DNA of 60,380 bases, counting the filler, from Sanchytrium tribonematis (lineage: Eukaryota): the NCBI GenBank assembly GCA_018985235.1. It is 6 parts of 6 records of this genome, joined end to end, with 100 filler letters (N's around TTAATTAATTAA, not from the genome) between each part and the next. Parts side by side here need not be neighbours in the genome. Positions count along the whole stretch, not along the records: positions 10,112 to 20,101 come from JADGIG010000312.1; positions 20,202 to 30,190 come from JADGIG010000313.1; 4 more parts are not named here. One strand, written 5' to 3'. The position numbers and the translations under genes are program-made. Under the pieces are notes generated by a model. It saw nothing but the letters and a program-made list of their open reading frames with translations. It made no database searches and was not told the origin of the DNA. Of this stretch, positions 10,112 through 21,317 are shown piece after piece (within the stretch, counting starts at the first letter, position 1; each line of letters begins with the position of its first letter).

Positions 10112-13100
10112 CGATTGAAAAGGTCGAACCTTGGACTGAAATTGTGAAAAAATTCAATACTGGTGCTATGTCGTTTGGGTCTATTTCGATTGAGGCACAT
10201 ACGACGCTTGCAAAGGCTATGAACACTCTTGATGCCAAAAGTAATTCTGGAGAGGGAGGCGAAAACGAGGAACGGTCTTCAGACAATTTACTGCGGAGCA
10301 AAATCAAACAGATAGCAAGCGGCCGTTTCGGTGTAGACAGCTTTTACTTAAGTACAGCTGACATGCTTCAAATTAAAATAGCTCAAGGAGCCAAGCCCGG
10401 GCAAGGTGGAGAACTGCCCGGAAGTAAAGTAGATGAACATATAGCGCGAACCAGGAAAAGTACCAAAAATGTAGGGCTAATTTCCCCCCCTCCTAATCAT
10501 GATATCTATTCCATCGAAGATCTGCAGCAACTAATATACGATTTAAAATCTTCTAATCCGCTTGCGAAAATTTCTGTAAAGTTGACTAGTCAAAAGAATA
10601 TAGGTACAGTTTGTAACGGAGTCTCAAAAGGCTTGGCAGATCACATCGTTGTCAGTGGATTTGACGGTGGTACCGGAGCCGCGTCATGGAGCGCTATAAA
10701 GAATTGTGGTATTCCTTTTGAGCTTGGCCTCATCGAAGCACATACCACATTGGTGAAGCACGGTTTAAGAAACCAAGTCACGTTGCAAGTTGATGGCAAT
10801 ATTCGAACGGGGAAGGATGTTGTTCTTTCAGCAATATTAGGTGCACAAGAATGGGCATTTAGCACTGTGCCACTAATCACCATTGGATGCATTATGATGA
10901 GAAAATGTCATGAAAACACTTGCCCTGTTGGAATAGCAACCCAAGATCCTGTTCTTCGCGAAAAATTTAAAGGGCAACCTGAGCACATTATTAATTATTT
11001 CCATTTTTTAGCGGAAGAAATTCGAGAGTTACTCGCCGAAGTAGGATTTCAATCACTGGATGGTCTTGTTGGTCACTACGAACTTTTATTAAGGAAAGAA
11101 TTCAAACCTTGTATGAAACAATCCAAGCTTGACATAGAAAAGATTCTACCTATACTACATGTTCCTTATCAAGCGCAGCATCAAAACCATAAGTTAGAAT
11201 CAAGATTTGATTTTAAGAACTTTGATTACGTTCATGATGCTATTTTTAACAACAAAGATGTGGAATTTGACGTTCAGATAAGAAATTGCGATAGAGCCAT
11301 AGGAACATATTGGTCTTATTTAATTAGCAAACATAAATGCAAAGGCTTCATTAAGTTAAATGGAACCGGATATGCAGGGCAAAGCTTTGGCGCCTTTTGT
11401 CAATCCAACATTACACTAAAGTTGACTGGTGCTTGTAACGATTACGTAGGAAAGGGACTTAGTGGCGGCACAATTATCATTAAAGGCGACACGAATGACT
11501 TGCTTTGCGGTAACGTCTGTCTATATGGCGCAACAAAAGGAAACTTATTCGTTGGAGGTCATGTAGGCGAAAGATTTGCGATTAGAAACTCGGGAGCAAA
11601 TGCAGTGGTGGAAGGAATGGGTGATCATGGCTTAGAATATATGACTAATGGAACGATTGTTTGTTTGGGTAAAACTGGAATCAATATTGCAAGTGGGATG
11701 ACTGGTGGTACAGCCTATATACTGAAATCAGCAATAGAGTCCGTCAATCCTAAAACTGTGGATGTTGAAGATATCGATTTTCAAGATCAAGTTGCCCTTA
11801 AGGATTTGTTGGAGCAGCACATCTTGCACACTCAATCAAAGTTAGCAAAACATTATCTTAACAACCTAAATAGTTTTGTGAAATTATTTCCAAAAGACAT
11901 GAAGAAAATGAATCAACCTATTAAACTCAGTTCTTCCCATGATTCTGGAATATCCATGATGGACATGGAGGACATTACAAAGAACCAAGGATTTAAAGTT
12001 TTTGAGGCCGAAAAGGATCACAAGATCGATCCTGAAATGCGAGTCAATAGCTTTAAAGAAATAACTAAAAGGCTGCCAGAAAAGAGACTCCTTAAGCAGG
12101 CCAAACGATGCATGGATTGTGGAACACCCTTTTGTCAATCGGACTTTGGCTGCCCTATCGGAAATCTCATTCCCGAATGGAATTCACTCGTTGCTGAGTC
12201 TGACTGGAAAGCAGCATATGATAGATTATCATTGACAAATAATTTTCCTGAATTCACAGGTAGGGCTTGCCCTGCTCCTTGTCGTGATGCTTGTGTCTTG
12301 GGAATTATTGATCAACCTGTAGCCATTAAAAGTATTGAGTGTGCGATCATTGACAAGGCTTTTGAGAATAATTGGGTGATCCCGAGAATCCCAAAAGCAA
12401 GAACGGGTAAAAATATTGCGATCATTGGTAGTGGTCCTTGTGGTTTATCAGCTGCAGATTTGCTGAATCAAAGTGGACATACTGTCACAGTTTTTGAACG
12501 AAGTGATAAGATTGGTGGACTGCTTATGTATGGAATACCTGATATGAAATTATCCAAATCACTTGTAGATAGGAGGGTGGATCTCTTGGGTGCCGAAGGC
12601 ATACAATTTAGGCCCAAAACAAATATTGGAGTCGATATCGATATTAAGAAACTTCAATCTTCATTCGATGCAGTGATCTGTTGTACAGGTGCTTTAAATC
12701 ATAACAAGTTAAAGGTGCCAGAGAATGTCACTGGATTTCTTTACGCTATGGATTATTTAGAATCGGTTCAAAAAAATTTACTTAACAAGCAGCCGTTTGA
12801 TATAAATGCCAAGGGTAAAAATGTTGTAATTGTAGGTGCTGGTGATACTGCAACTGACTGTTGTGCAACCGCTTTGCGCCAAAAAGCTAAGACTGTCACT
12901 ATTTTAGATATTAATAACGAGAAATTAGACAAACGGTCCATAGACAATCCATGGCCAGAATTTCCAAATACTAAAAAGGTCGATTATGGACATGAAGAAG
13001 GTATTGTCATTCATGGTAGAGACCCGCGGGCTTATGGAAAAATGATTGATGACATTATTGTAAATGAAAAGAATCAAATTTGCAACATCACGTACCACAA

Positions 13101-13449
13101 TGTCAATGCTACAAAAGACAAAGATGGTGTTAGAAAAACCGAGTTTTTGACGAATGCTCCAATTTCGATACCTTGTGATCTACTTGTTGCTGCAATTGGA
13201 TTTTCTGGCACAGAATACGAGTATTTGAAGGACTCATCTGTCACGTTAACAAATAGGAATACAATTAGCACTAACCACAATTCATACAAAACTAACTGTC
13301 AAAATATTTATGCAGCTGGAGATTGCAGAAAAGGTCAATCATTAATTGTTTGGGCAATCCGAGAGGGCAGGGAAGTAGCCAGGGAAGTAGATATTGCTTT
13401 AAAAAGCAATACAGATATTCCTTTAACCGGTGGAATTTATAAACAATAA
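10112..13449 (+). CDS. GLT1: NADH-dependent glutamate synthase (fused alpha/beta), C-terminal ~1110 aa; 5'-truncated
   Basis: TGAMSFGSIS, QIKIAQGAKPG, CIMMRKCHENTCPVGIATQDP, GXGXG domain, RCMDCGTPFCQ and TGRACPAPC Fe-S motifs, AGDCRKGQSLIVWAI. Confidence 0.98.
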
Positions 13450-13505
13450 ATTGTCAATTCCTGAAATTTTGAAACTTTTCTCCTTGTACAGATTTATTTT
13501 GCGAA

Positions 13506-14258
13506 ATGCCCTTTGTAGAACAAAAAAGAAAAAAGCGAAAAGTGCCCTTCCCGTGGATCAAATTTATTAGCGCCTTAGTCGGAACAACTTTCATAAGCTA
13601 TTTAATGGTATTTACATACAAAATTGTATGGATGATAAATAACGTTCCTTTTTGTAGGGATTGGAAAGATTACTCGTTTTTCAGAATTGGTTCTTTGGAG
13701 TGTTTCCCCTGCCCACCTGGTGTATTATGCATGAATGATGCTATAATAGGCTGTATTAATAATCAAGATAATTACATTGAACATCCATTATATTTCCATT
13801 CGTTTTTTCGAAAAATACTTTTACCTGTTTGTGTTGAAAAAGCACCAGAATCAGTTCCATGGGATGTCCATGTATACTCCGTTATCCCATATTTAGTTGC
13901 TACACTATTGGCATTTGGCAGTTATAAGTTTTACATGTACAAGTACAATTATAACAAATTAGTTCACAGTCTCGCCACTCAATCCATTGTAATGGTTAAA
14001 AAGCATTCGGCATTATTAGATACAAATCCAAATCTTGTTCTTCCAACAGGTTTAGATGTTACCCATTTAAGAGATCATTTCTTGTTTCCCAAGTATTCAT
14101 TAAAGAAGAGAATTGCAATTTGGAATGAAGTGTCGAAAATTGTAACCTCAAATTCCAATATTGCTGAACAGAAAGTCATGTTCAAAAACGACTGGCATCT
14201 TGTGTGGAGTTACAAATCGTCTATTAGTGACCACGAGATGAGTGATTTGGAAGAATAA
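13506..14258 (+). CDS. SRC1: Inner nuclear membrane Man1/Src1-type protein (two TM segments + MSC domain)
   Basis: Basic NLS-like N-terminus, TM, CFPCP..C luminal motif, TM, HLRDH..IWNEVSKIV..NSNI..VW winged-helix MSC pattern. Confidence 0.75.
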   Translation: MPFVEQKRKKRKVPFPWIKFISALVGTTFISYLMVFTYKIVWMINNVPFCRDWKDYSFFRIGSLECFPCPPGVLCMNDAIIGCINNQDNYIEHPLYFHSFFRKILLPVCVEKAPESVPWDVHVYSVIPYLVATLLAFGSYKFYMYKYNYNKLVHSLATQSIVMVKKHSALLDTNPNLVLPTGLDVTHLRDHFLFPKYSLKKRIAIWNEVSKIVTSNSNIAEQKVMFKNDWHLVWSYKSSISDHEMSDLEE

Positions 14259-14297
14259 ATTTTTAAATTGGTTTTCTCAATACAAGCGGAGATACTC

Positions 14298-16503
14298 ATG
14301 TTGGTCAACTTTATTAAAATATTCACTGGTATTCAATTTGGTGCATCGTTATTAACTATTGTTTGTCTTTATTCAGTCTCTGACCAACAGCCTTTGATAA
14401 ATAATGCTCGATTGATTCCCAATCTTAGATATTTGGCTTTTGCAATGATTTTGATGAGCAGTGTTGAATTACTATTGACGCAAGAACTGATAAGCTATAT
14501 TTTTGTATTCAATTGTTTTTCATGGCTGATTTCCTCTTCTATTATCACTCAACATCGACGTCAAAAGGTGTTTAATTGGCTAAATATTGTTGCGGAGTTA
14601 TTATTTACGGCAAGCTTAGCATGCGAGTTGAAAATAGAGAATTACTTTGATATAATTATTCTCATTACAGTTTGCATAAGAGCTTTATGCTTGCTTATAT
14701 TTGTGCTGGTATCTGCAAGGACAAAAAACAAATATTTTTCACACCTTAAAAAGTTACTACCATTTCTCATACCTAAAAGTGAACTTAAGATCCAAATGTA
14801 TATCTTTTTGTCATTGATGTGTCTTGTAGGTGCAAGAGTGGTAAATGTTTTACTTCCTTTGCAATATAAGCATGTAATTGACTCATTACAAAACAAGGAT
14901 CGTTTCCCAGTCGACATTATTTTATTGTACGCATTCATTAATTTACTCCAAGGCGGAAGTGGCTACTTAGCATCTTTACAATCTTTTTGCTTCATTCCGG
15001 TGAGGCAATTTATAACACGGTCTATTGGAGTAGCCACATTTCAACATTTACACCATTTATCAATGGAATTCCACATAAATAGAAAAACGGGAGAAGTTCT
15101 TAGAGTGATGGATAGAGGAACGAATAGTCTGAGCTCGATAATGCAATCGGCCCTATTTAATGTTTTACCGATTATTATTGATATTTCTGTAGCTATTGGA
15201 TATTTCATTATAGTATTCGATGCCTACTTTGGCCTAATTTTATTTTGTGCCATGTTTTTCTATATATTCTTCACAATTTTGATCACAGAATGGAGAAGTT
15301 CGTTGCGAAGAAAAATGATCGATTCTGATAATTTGATGTCACAAATAGCTGTTGATAGTTTATTGAATTTCGAGACAGTCAAACTTTATAATGCCGAGGA
15401 ATATGAGACTAAGCGTTATGCGGATAGTGTTGACAGTTACAACAAATCGGATTGGAGAAGTTCTGCAAGTTTGAATTTGTTAAATGCCTCGCAGAATACT
15501 GTTATTTGTTTATGTACCCTCTTTGGTGCTTTGTATGCTGGATTGCTTGTTCATCACGGCAAAATTACAATTGGGGATTTTGTTATGTTTATCACTTACT
15601 TGAACCAGCTTTACACGCCTCTCAATTTTTTTGGAACTTTTTACAGGATTGTCGCCCAAAATATGGTGGACTTGGAAAAGTTGATTGATCTTATGGAGAT
15701 AGAGGCTGATATTAAAGATGACGAGAATGCTGAAATTTTAAAGATTCGTGGGGGACATTTAGAAATTGAGAATTTGTCGTTTTCATACGATGGAAGAGGA
15801 GATGCATTAAAAGAAATTAACATCGCTGTTCCACCAGGTAAGAGTGGTGCCTTGGTTGGGTCCTCTGGAAGCGGGAAATCTACTATAATGAAATTATTGT
15901 TTCGATTTTACGAATGTACACGAGGAGTCATCAAAATTGATGGACAAGATATTCGAAAAGTGTCGCAAAAGTCTTTAAGATCAAGGATCGGTATTGTTCC
16001 CCAGGATTGTGTGCTATTCAATGACTCGATTTTATATAATGTACGATATTCCAGACCAACAGCAACTGATGATGAGGTTTTCGAAGCGTGCAAACAGGCC
16101 CAGATTCATGACAAAATATTGACATTCCCAGATGGGTATCAAACAAAAGTGGGAGAAAGAGGTTTGCGTCTAAGTGGTGGAGAAAAGCAAAGAATTGCAA
16201 TTGCTAGAACTTTTCTAAAAAATCCACCGATTATTTTTTTTGATGAAGTATTTGGTATTAACTTAGGCAACATCTGCTCTGGATAGTGAGACAGAAAAGC
16301 ATATCCAACAGTCTTTTAAAAAACTTAGTCAAGGCAGGACATCTTTGAGCATCGCACATCGATTGTCAACAATTGTCAATTGCGATGTTATTTATGTTTT
16401 GAAGAATGGCAAAATTGTAGAACATGGTACTCATTCAGAGCTACTCAGATTAAAAGGGGAGTACGCAAATTTATGGTACGAACAAAACAAGGAAAGCAAA
16501 TAA
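14298..16503 (+). CDS. Half-size ABCB transporter of HMT1/ABCB6 type, 728 aa; exons 14298-16247 and 16267-16503
   Basis: [41 protein letters not shown]-loop DE|ATSALD and IAHRLSTI restored by a 19-nt intron. Confidence 0.93.
16248..16266 (+). other. 19-nt spliceosomal intron (phase 0)
   Basis: GTATTTGGTATTAACTTAG interrupts the invariant DEATSALD motif. Confidence 0.97.
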
Positions 16504-16537
16504 AATTGTCTCAAATTTCTCCTTTTAACATTTTGGA

Positions 16538-16750
16538 ATGACAAATAGTAAACAGGCAATAGTGGAACTACCGGATGATGTGGATCCAACTTCTTTAATC
16601 TCATTTGATTTAAGAAACAAAACTGCTTTGATCAATGGAACTGCACATAATTTGGAATTTGGACAATCCACATCCATATTGGTATTGAATGCTAGTGGAG
16701 ATATTGTGGCCAACACGAGGCAAGTAATACATGTACTTAGTAAGCAATAG
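16538..16750 (+). CDS. Small 70-aa protein, weak resemblance to RNA polymerase I A34.5 / triple-barrel subunits
   Basis: ORF fills the space between neighbours; IVELPDDVDPTSL resembles the Rpa34 N-terminal motif; weak call. Confidence 0.4.
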   Translation: MTNSKQAIVELPDDVDPTSLISFDLRNKTALINGTAHNLEFGQSTSILVLNASGDIVANTRQVIHVLSKQ

Positions 16751-16766
16751 GGACTCAAAATAGTTT

Positions 16767-17195
16767 ATGAAAATAATACGGAGTGCGCTTTGGAACAAGA
16801 TGATACGGTCTTTAGTACAATTCCAAAAATACAAATTCGGGACCACTCTTCTCTCTCCCGACCAGGAATCTCAACATAGAAAACCCCAAGGATCATTTTC
16901 AGCGCCATTTGATATATTTAAAGCTATGAAAACGGACCCATTAAAAGAATATAAAAATGCAAAACTATTACGATTATTTCAATTAGAAAATGGAAACATC
17001 ATGCCTAGATATATGACTGGTTTGACCAAAATTAATCAAACTAAACTTGCCAAAGCTATCAAAAGATCGCGTCATTTCGGCTTGTTAACTTATCTTGCTC
17101 CAGGTAAAGCTGAGGCTCCTTTTCCAGAATTCAAAGCAAAGGATAGTTTATCTTCCTCGTCTCAACTTCAAAAAATATCAAAACGTCTTAAATAA
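16767..17195 (+). CDS. RSM18: Mitochondrial ribosomal protein bS18m (start may be ATG 16800)
   Basis: YKNAKLL..GNIMPRYMTGL..QTKLAKAIKRSRHFGLL S18 signature. Confidence 0.9.
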   Translation: MKIIRSALWNKMIRSLVQFQKYKFGTTLLSPDQESQHRKPQGSFSAPFDIFKAMKTDPLKEYKNAKLLRLFQLENGNIMPRYMTGLTKINQTKLAKAIKRSRHFGLLTYLAPGKAEAPFPEFKAKDSLSSSSQLQKISKRLK

Positions 17196-17224
17196 TTCCC
17201 ACAATAAATTTCTAAGATTAATTA

Positions 17225-17890
17225 ATGATTTTTGCATTTCCCCTAAAAATGATTCTGAAAAGATTCTTGTCTAAACAGAGGATTTGGACTCTCCCTAATT
17301 TATTAACAATGAGTCGAATCGCCATGACCCCTGCACTATTTATTACCCTCACTCACAATCAACCCGCTGCTTCTTTGATATTGCTAAGTGCGGCGGCTTC
17401 CACAGATTTGCTGGATGGCTACATTGCAAGAAAATTCAATCAATCTTCAAACTTCGGCAGTTTTTTAGACCCATTCGCCGACAAGTTTTTTATGTTTACT
17501 TCATCATGCGCCTTATATACCATGAATATGATGCCGCAATACGTTTTCTTTACGTTCATAGGTAGGGACTTACTTCTTTTAGGTACCTCATTATTTTGGC
17601 GACATAGAACTTTGCCACCACCCAAAAGTTTTGCGAGAATGATGAGTCTTATTCAAATTCCAAGTCCACAAATTTTGCCAACTAGACTTTCCAAGATCAA
17701 CACTGTATTGCAACTATCATATATTGGTATGCAGATTGTTAAATTGACTCTAACTTTCGACATATCGGTAATCATTAATGTTCTGGAAAAGATTGTGGTT
17801 GCAACTTCAATTTGGTCTACTTTCCAATATATGGTGTATCCAACAAATTACATGAAATTGTTAAAATCGAAAAATCGAGAGAGCAAGTGA
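17225..17890 (+). CDS. CRD1: Cardiolipin synthase (CDP-alcohol phosphatidyltransferase); start may be ATG 17249
   Basis: IWTLPNLLTMSRI, TDLLDGYIARKFNQSSNFGSFLDPFADK, PTRLSKINTVLQ. Confidence 0.9.
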   Translation: MIFAFPLKMILKRFLSKQRIWTLPNLLTMSRIAMTPALFITLTHNQPAASLILLSAAASTDLLDGYIARKFNQSSNFGSFLDPFADKFFMFTSSCALYTMNMMPQYVFFTFIGRDLLLLGTSLFWRHRTLPPPKSFARMMSLIQIPSPQILPTRLSKINTVLQLSYIGMQIVKLTLTFDISVIINVLEKIVVATSIWSTFQYMVYPTNYMKLLKSKNRESK

Positions 17891-17931
17891 TATATGTTGG
17901 CCACAATAAACATACAAAATATTTTTGTAAC

Positions 17932-18162
17932 ATGAAGTCCTTTGTCGCGGGTGCAGGAACTGCAACAATTGTGCTATTTTTAATTCAAAGGCAAGTCCAA
18001 AATAGCTACAATGAGGTCAATAGTACTTTAGAATCTGCTAGGTCAGAGCTATCTGTAAGAATGGCCGGTAAAGAAATAGAACAACCCATCGCCAGGCCAG
18101 TTGCATCTCTTTGGAACTCAGCAATATTCAAGCTGGCAGATTTTATCACCCACATACAATAA
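17932..18162 (+). CDS. Small protein resembling MICOS subunit Mic12
   Basis: N-terminal Gly-containing TM (FVAGAGTATIVLFL), amphipathic helix, C-terminal WN motif. Confidence 0.55.
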   Translation: MKSFVAGAGTATIVLFLIQRQVQNSYNEVNSTLESARSELSVRMAGKEIEQPIARPVASLWNSAIFKLADFITHIQ

Positions 18163-18167
18163 AAAGT

Positions 18168-18703
18168 TTATTGAGCCGTATTGTCACCACGTAATCTTCT
18201 TGCCAACTGAACATCCTTGACCTGAATAGTAACACGTTTAGCATGAATTGCAGCAAGATTAGTGTCTTCAAAAAGCCTTACCAAATATGCCTCAGCTGAT
18301 TCTTGCAAGGCCATCAAAGCGAGGGACTGAAACTTGATATCAGTCTTAAAATCTTGTGCAATTTCACGCACTAATCTTTGAAAAGGAAGTTTTCTAATCA
18401 ACAGATCTGTGGATTTCTGATACCTTCGAATCTCTCGTAAAGCCACTGTACCTGGCTTATATCGATGTGGTTTTTTAACCCCGCCTACGTAAGTAAAAAG
18501 TTCTCTGAGCAATCTAAAGAGTCGATATAAGCTAGTTCAAAACTAAAAAGTGTAGAACTCATGTGCAAATCGACTTATCTTTAAATTGCATAAATAATAC
18601 CTTGCTGAGTTGGTGCAGACTTCCTAGCAGCTTTTGTTGCCAACTGTTTCCGCGGAGCCTTTCCTCCGGTTGATTTTCGGGCAGTCTGTTTTGTTCTGGC
18701 CAT
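18168..18703 (-). CDS. Histone H3 (divergent), 139 aa; exons 18703-18601 and 18484-18168
   Basis: [60 protein letters not shown].. Confidence 0.97.
18485..18600 (-). other. 116-nt intron containing a long hairpin
   Basis: GTATTA...TTTTTACTTACGTAG; removal restores the H3 frame; arms 18569-18589 and 18509-18526 are complementary. Confidence 0.93.
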
Positions 18704-18760
18704 CTCAACTGTTTGAACTTCGATGCGGGGGAAGCCAGGTTTTAACGGAAATTTGTAGCT

Positions 18761-18807
18761 TCTGATTGGTGGGAATGATAATTTTATATTTCCAAGCAAT
18801 GATTGGA
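18761..18807 (-). promoter_or_regulatory. Pair of CCAAT boxes upstream of histone H3
   Basis: ACCAATCAGA (18761-18770) and TCCAATCA (~18800-18807) on the H3 strand, about 60-100 nt upstream of the ATG. Confidence 0.45.
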
Positions 18808-19112
18808 TCAAAAAATTTAAAACACGGATAACTACAAAAGTTGTATTTTAATCATAAAATCATTGCAATAACTACATAATATTATTTAACCGGAGCCTAA
18901 TTGTCTAATCAGATAAAAAATCCGTTGAAAATTGATTGCACTACAACGTTTTAAAATGCCTAAATTTCAAACAAAAAAGTTCTCCGAAAATTTAAAAGTC
19001 ACACAAAAACATGTATTGTATAAAATCAAAATAGACCTTGAAGATGCAAGAAAGAATTTTTACCAAGCTGGAGTGATAAATTAATTAGTTTCTGCAATAA
19101 TTTTTCACACAA

Positions 19113-20101
19113 ATGTCTTCGCAAATTGAAACGGATCTTTTAACTTTAACCAGATGTGTCATTAACAATCAAAAGCTGCACTCAGAAGCTAAGGGAGATC
19201 TCACCTTACTGTTAATGTCCATTCAATTGGCTTGCAAAATGATTGCATCTGCCGTGCGAAAAGCTGGTATCATTCACTTGACTGGACTAGCAGGAAATCA
19301 GAATGTCCAAGGTGAAGACCAAAAGAAATTGGACGTAATCGCCAATGAGTTGTTTATAAATGCCTTAAAATCTTGTGGAAAAGTCAAATTGATGGTTTCT
19401 GAAGAAAATGATGATCCAATTATTTCGGAAACTGATGCTCCTTACGCAGTGTGCTTCGATCCCTTAGATGGTTCTTCAAATATAGATGCTGGCGTCAATG
19501 TGGGGTCCATTTTTTCTATTTTTAAAATTAAGGATCAAAAAAATCCCTTAAAATCGGTCTTAAATAAGGGTGACCAGATGGTTTGTGCTGGCTACTGTAT
19601 GTATGGAATGTCTACAGAAATGGTTATTTGGACAGGGGACGATTTGGTCCAAGGATTTACGTTAGATCCGACTGTTGGAGAATTTTTATTGACACGACCT
19701 TCTATTAGAATACCTTCTCGCGGGAAAATTTACTCCGTCAATGAAGGAAACTACAATAACTGGTTTGAATATTGCCAAATTTACTTCAACAGTGTTAAAC
19801 AGGGAAAAATTACTGCTAAAGGTGATGGCTGTACGAACGACAAAGTGTATTCGCTGCGTTATGTTGGAAGCATGGTTGCAGATGTACACAGAACGTTACT
19901 TTATGGTGGAATTTTCGCATATCCTAAAGACATTAAATCCAAAGGAAAACTAAGAGTTTTGTATGAAGTATTTCCGATGTCAATCTTGGTTGAAAAAGCT
20001 GGTGGATATTCTTATAACGAAGGAACAAGGGTATTTAATTTTTAATCAAGGTTTTAGATATGGCACCGGAGACTATACATGAACGATGTGGGATTGTTTT
20101 G
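19113..20101 (+). CDS. FBP1: Fructose-1,6-bisphosphatase; exons 19113-20030 and 20051-end; 3'-truncated
   Basis: GEDQKKLDV, VSEE, FDPLDGSSNID, RYVGSMVADVHRTL, GKLRVLYE; TR|VLDMAPETIHER restored by a 20-nt intron. Confidence 0.97.
20031..20050 (+). other. 20-nt spliceosomal intron (phase 0)
   Basis: GTATTTAATTTTTAATCAAG; contains an in-frame TAA; removal restores RVLD..P..IHER. Confidence 0.93.
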
Positions 20102-20201
20102 NNNNNNNNNNNNNNNNNNNNNNNNNNNNNNNNNNNNNNNNNNNNTTAATTAATTAANNNNNNNNNNNNNNNNNNNNNNNNNNNNNNNNNNNNNNNNNNN
20201 N
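20102..20201. other. Artificial contig linker
   Basis: N44-TTAATTAATTAA-N44. Confidence 0.99.
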
Positions 20202-20202
20202 C

Positions 20203-21303
20203 TATCAACGAGGAATTCCAATTCAGAAATTAAGGCAAAACCAAGAAGTTTCACGACAGAGGTCTGTTAGAAGACGCACTATTAAAAAGAGTTTTTGGGA
20301 TACTTTACATTCATCGCTTCTCCAAGTGTATCAAGAGTACAAAGAATTTGCTATCGATGTGTGTGGAGAATTTTCAGAGTATTGCAAATCATTTTTCTCA
20401 GACAGAGATCAAAACTTACGTAAGACACCTGCGTTCTTTAGTCTATACTATCTACTTCTGAAAAGAGCCGTTATGCAACTTTTTAAGTCACCTAGATTAT
20501 TTTTATTTGATATTTTTACACATTTCACTGCAGGCATAATAGTCAGTATAGCAGATCAAGATTTTAAATACGTCGGCAAACTTCCTCAGCGAGTTTGTGA
20601 TTTGACAATTGAAGACAGCCCAGTTGACACTATGTGTTTAGCTCCAATAGATTGGATGGGAAATGCAGGTATGATCATGATTTTTGGAATACTTTTCACG
20701 GGTCAAGCTGCTGCGACTTCCACATTTATGCACGAAAAGACCGTTTATTGGAGGGATACTTCAAGTGGAATGCCAGCACTACCATATTACCTCGCAAAAG
20801 TCACTGCAGATATCCCTCGAATAATATTGGCTGCAATATTTTACACTTTGGCGTTTTTAGTATTTTTTGACTACAGAAGTTCGTTTTTCTGGCTTTTTTT
20901 CATTGTAATTTGTTCTTACTATGCTGCCTTTAATATGGGATATTTTATAAGTATAGTTTTGCCCAAAAGTAGCGTATTGTTATTTTGCGCAGCAAGTTCG
21001 TTACTGTGGGGATTTCTATTTGCTGGAGTTACCCCTGATTACCGAGAAGTTTCTCAAGGTACTGAATTTAACGGAATCAGTTGGATTTGGGAGCTTTCGG
21101 CTCCGAGATACGGTGTCGAGCTGTTTTACATTCTTGAGGTGGGAGCTCGACCTTGGGCTGAACTAAGCTCTGAACCATGGAGACATAATTACAGTCGAGA
21201 CAATTTCAACAAATCTGTCACAGGTCTGGTTGGCATTGGAGTTTTGTGGGGAATTCTGTCGTTTATGGCATTAAAACTTGTCAAGCGGCAGAAGCAAAAA
21301 TAA
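20203..21303 (+). CDS. ABCG (white-type) transporter, C-terminal membrane domain; 5'-truncated
   Basis: RKTPAFF..LLKRAVMQ, TFMHEKTVYWRDTSSGM..YYLAK, six hydrophobic segments. Confidence 0.85.
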   Translation, partial: YQRGIPIQKLRQNQEVSRQRSVRRRTIKKSFWDTLHSSLLQVYQEYKEFAIDVCGEFSEYCKSFFSDRDQNLRKTPAFFSLYYLLLKRAVMQLFKSPRLFLFDIFTHFTAGIIVSIADQDFKYVGKLPQRVCDLTIEDSPVDTMCLAPIDWMGNAGMIMIFGILFTGQAAATSTFMHEKTVYWRDTSSGMPALPYYLAKVTADIPRIILAAIFYTLAFLVFFDYRSSFFWLFFIVICSYYAAFNMGYFISIVLPKSSVLLFCAASSLLWGFLFAGVTPDYREVSQGTEFNGISWIWELSAPRYGVELFYILEVGARPWAELSSEPWRHNYSRDNFNKSVTGLVGIGVLWGILSFMALKLVKRQKQK

Positions 21304-21317
21304 AATTGTCCAATTCT

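Noticed and set aside
18485..18600. Canonical snoRNA inside the long H3 or CDC42 intron
   Set aside because: No RUGAUGA/CUGA box pair and no two-hairpin H/ACA layout with ACA at the expected distance; an atypical ncRNA is not excluded
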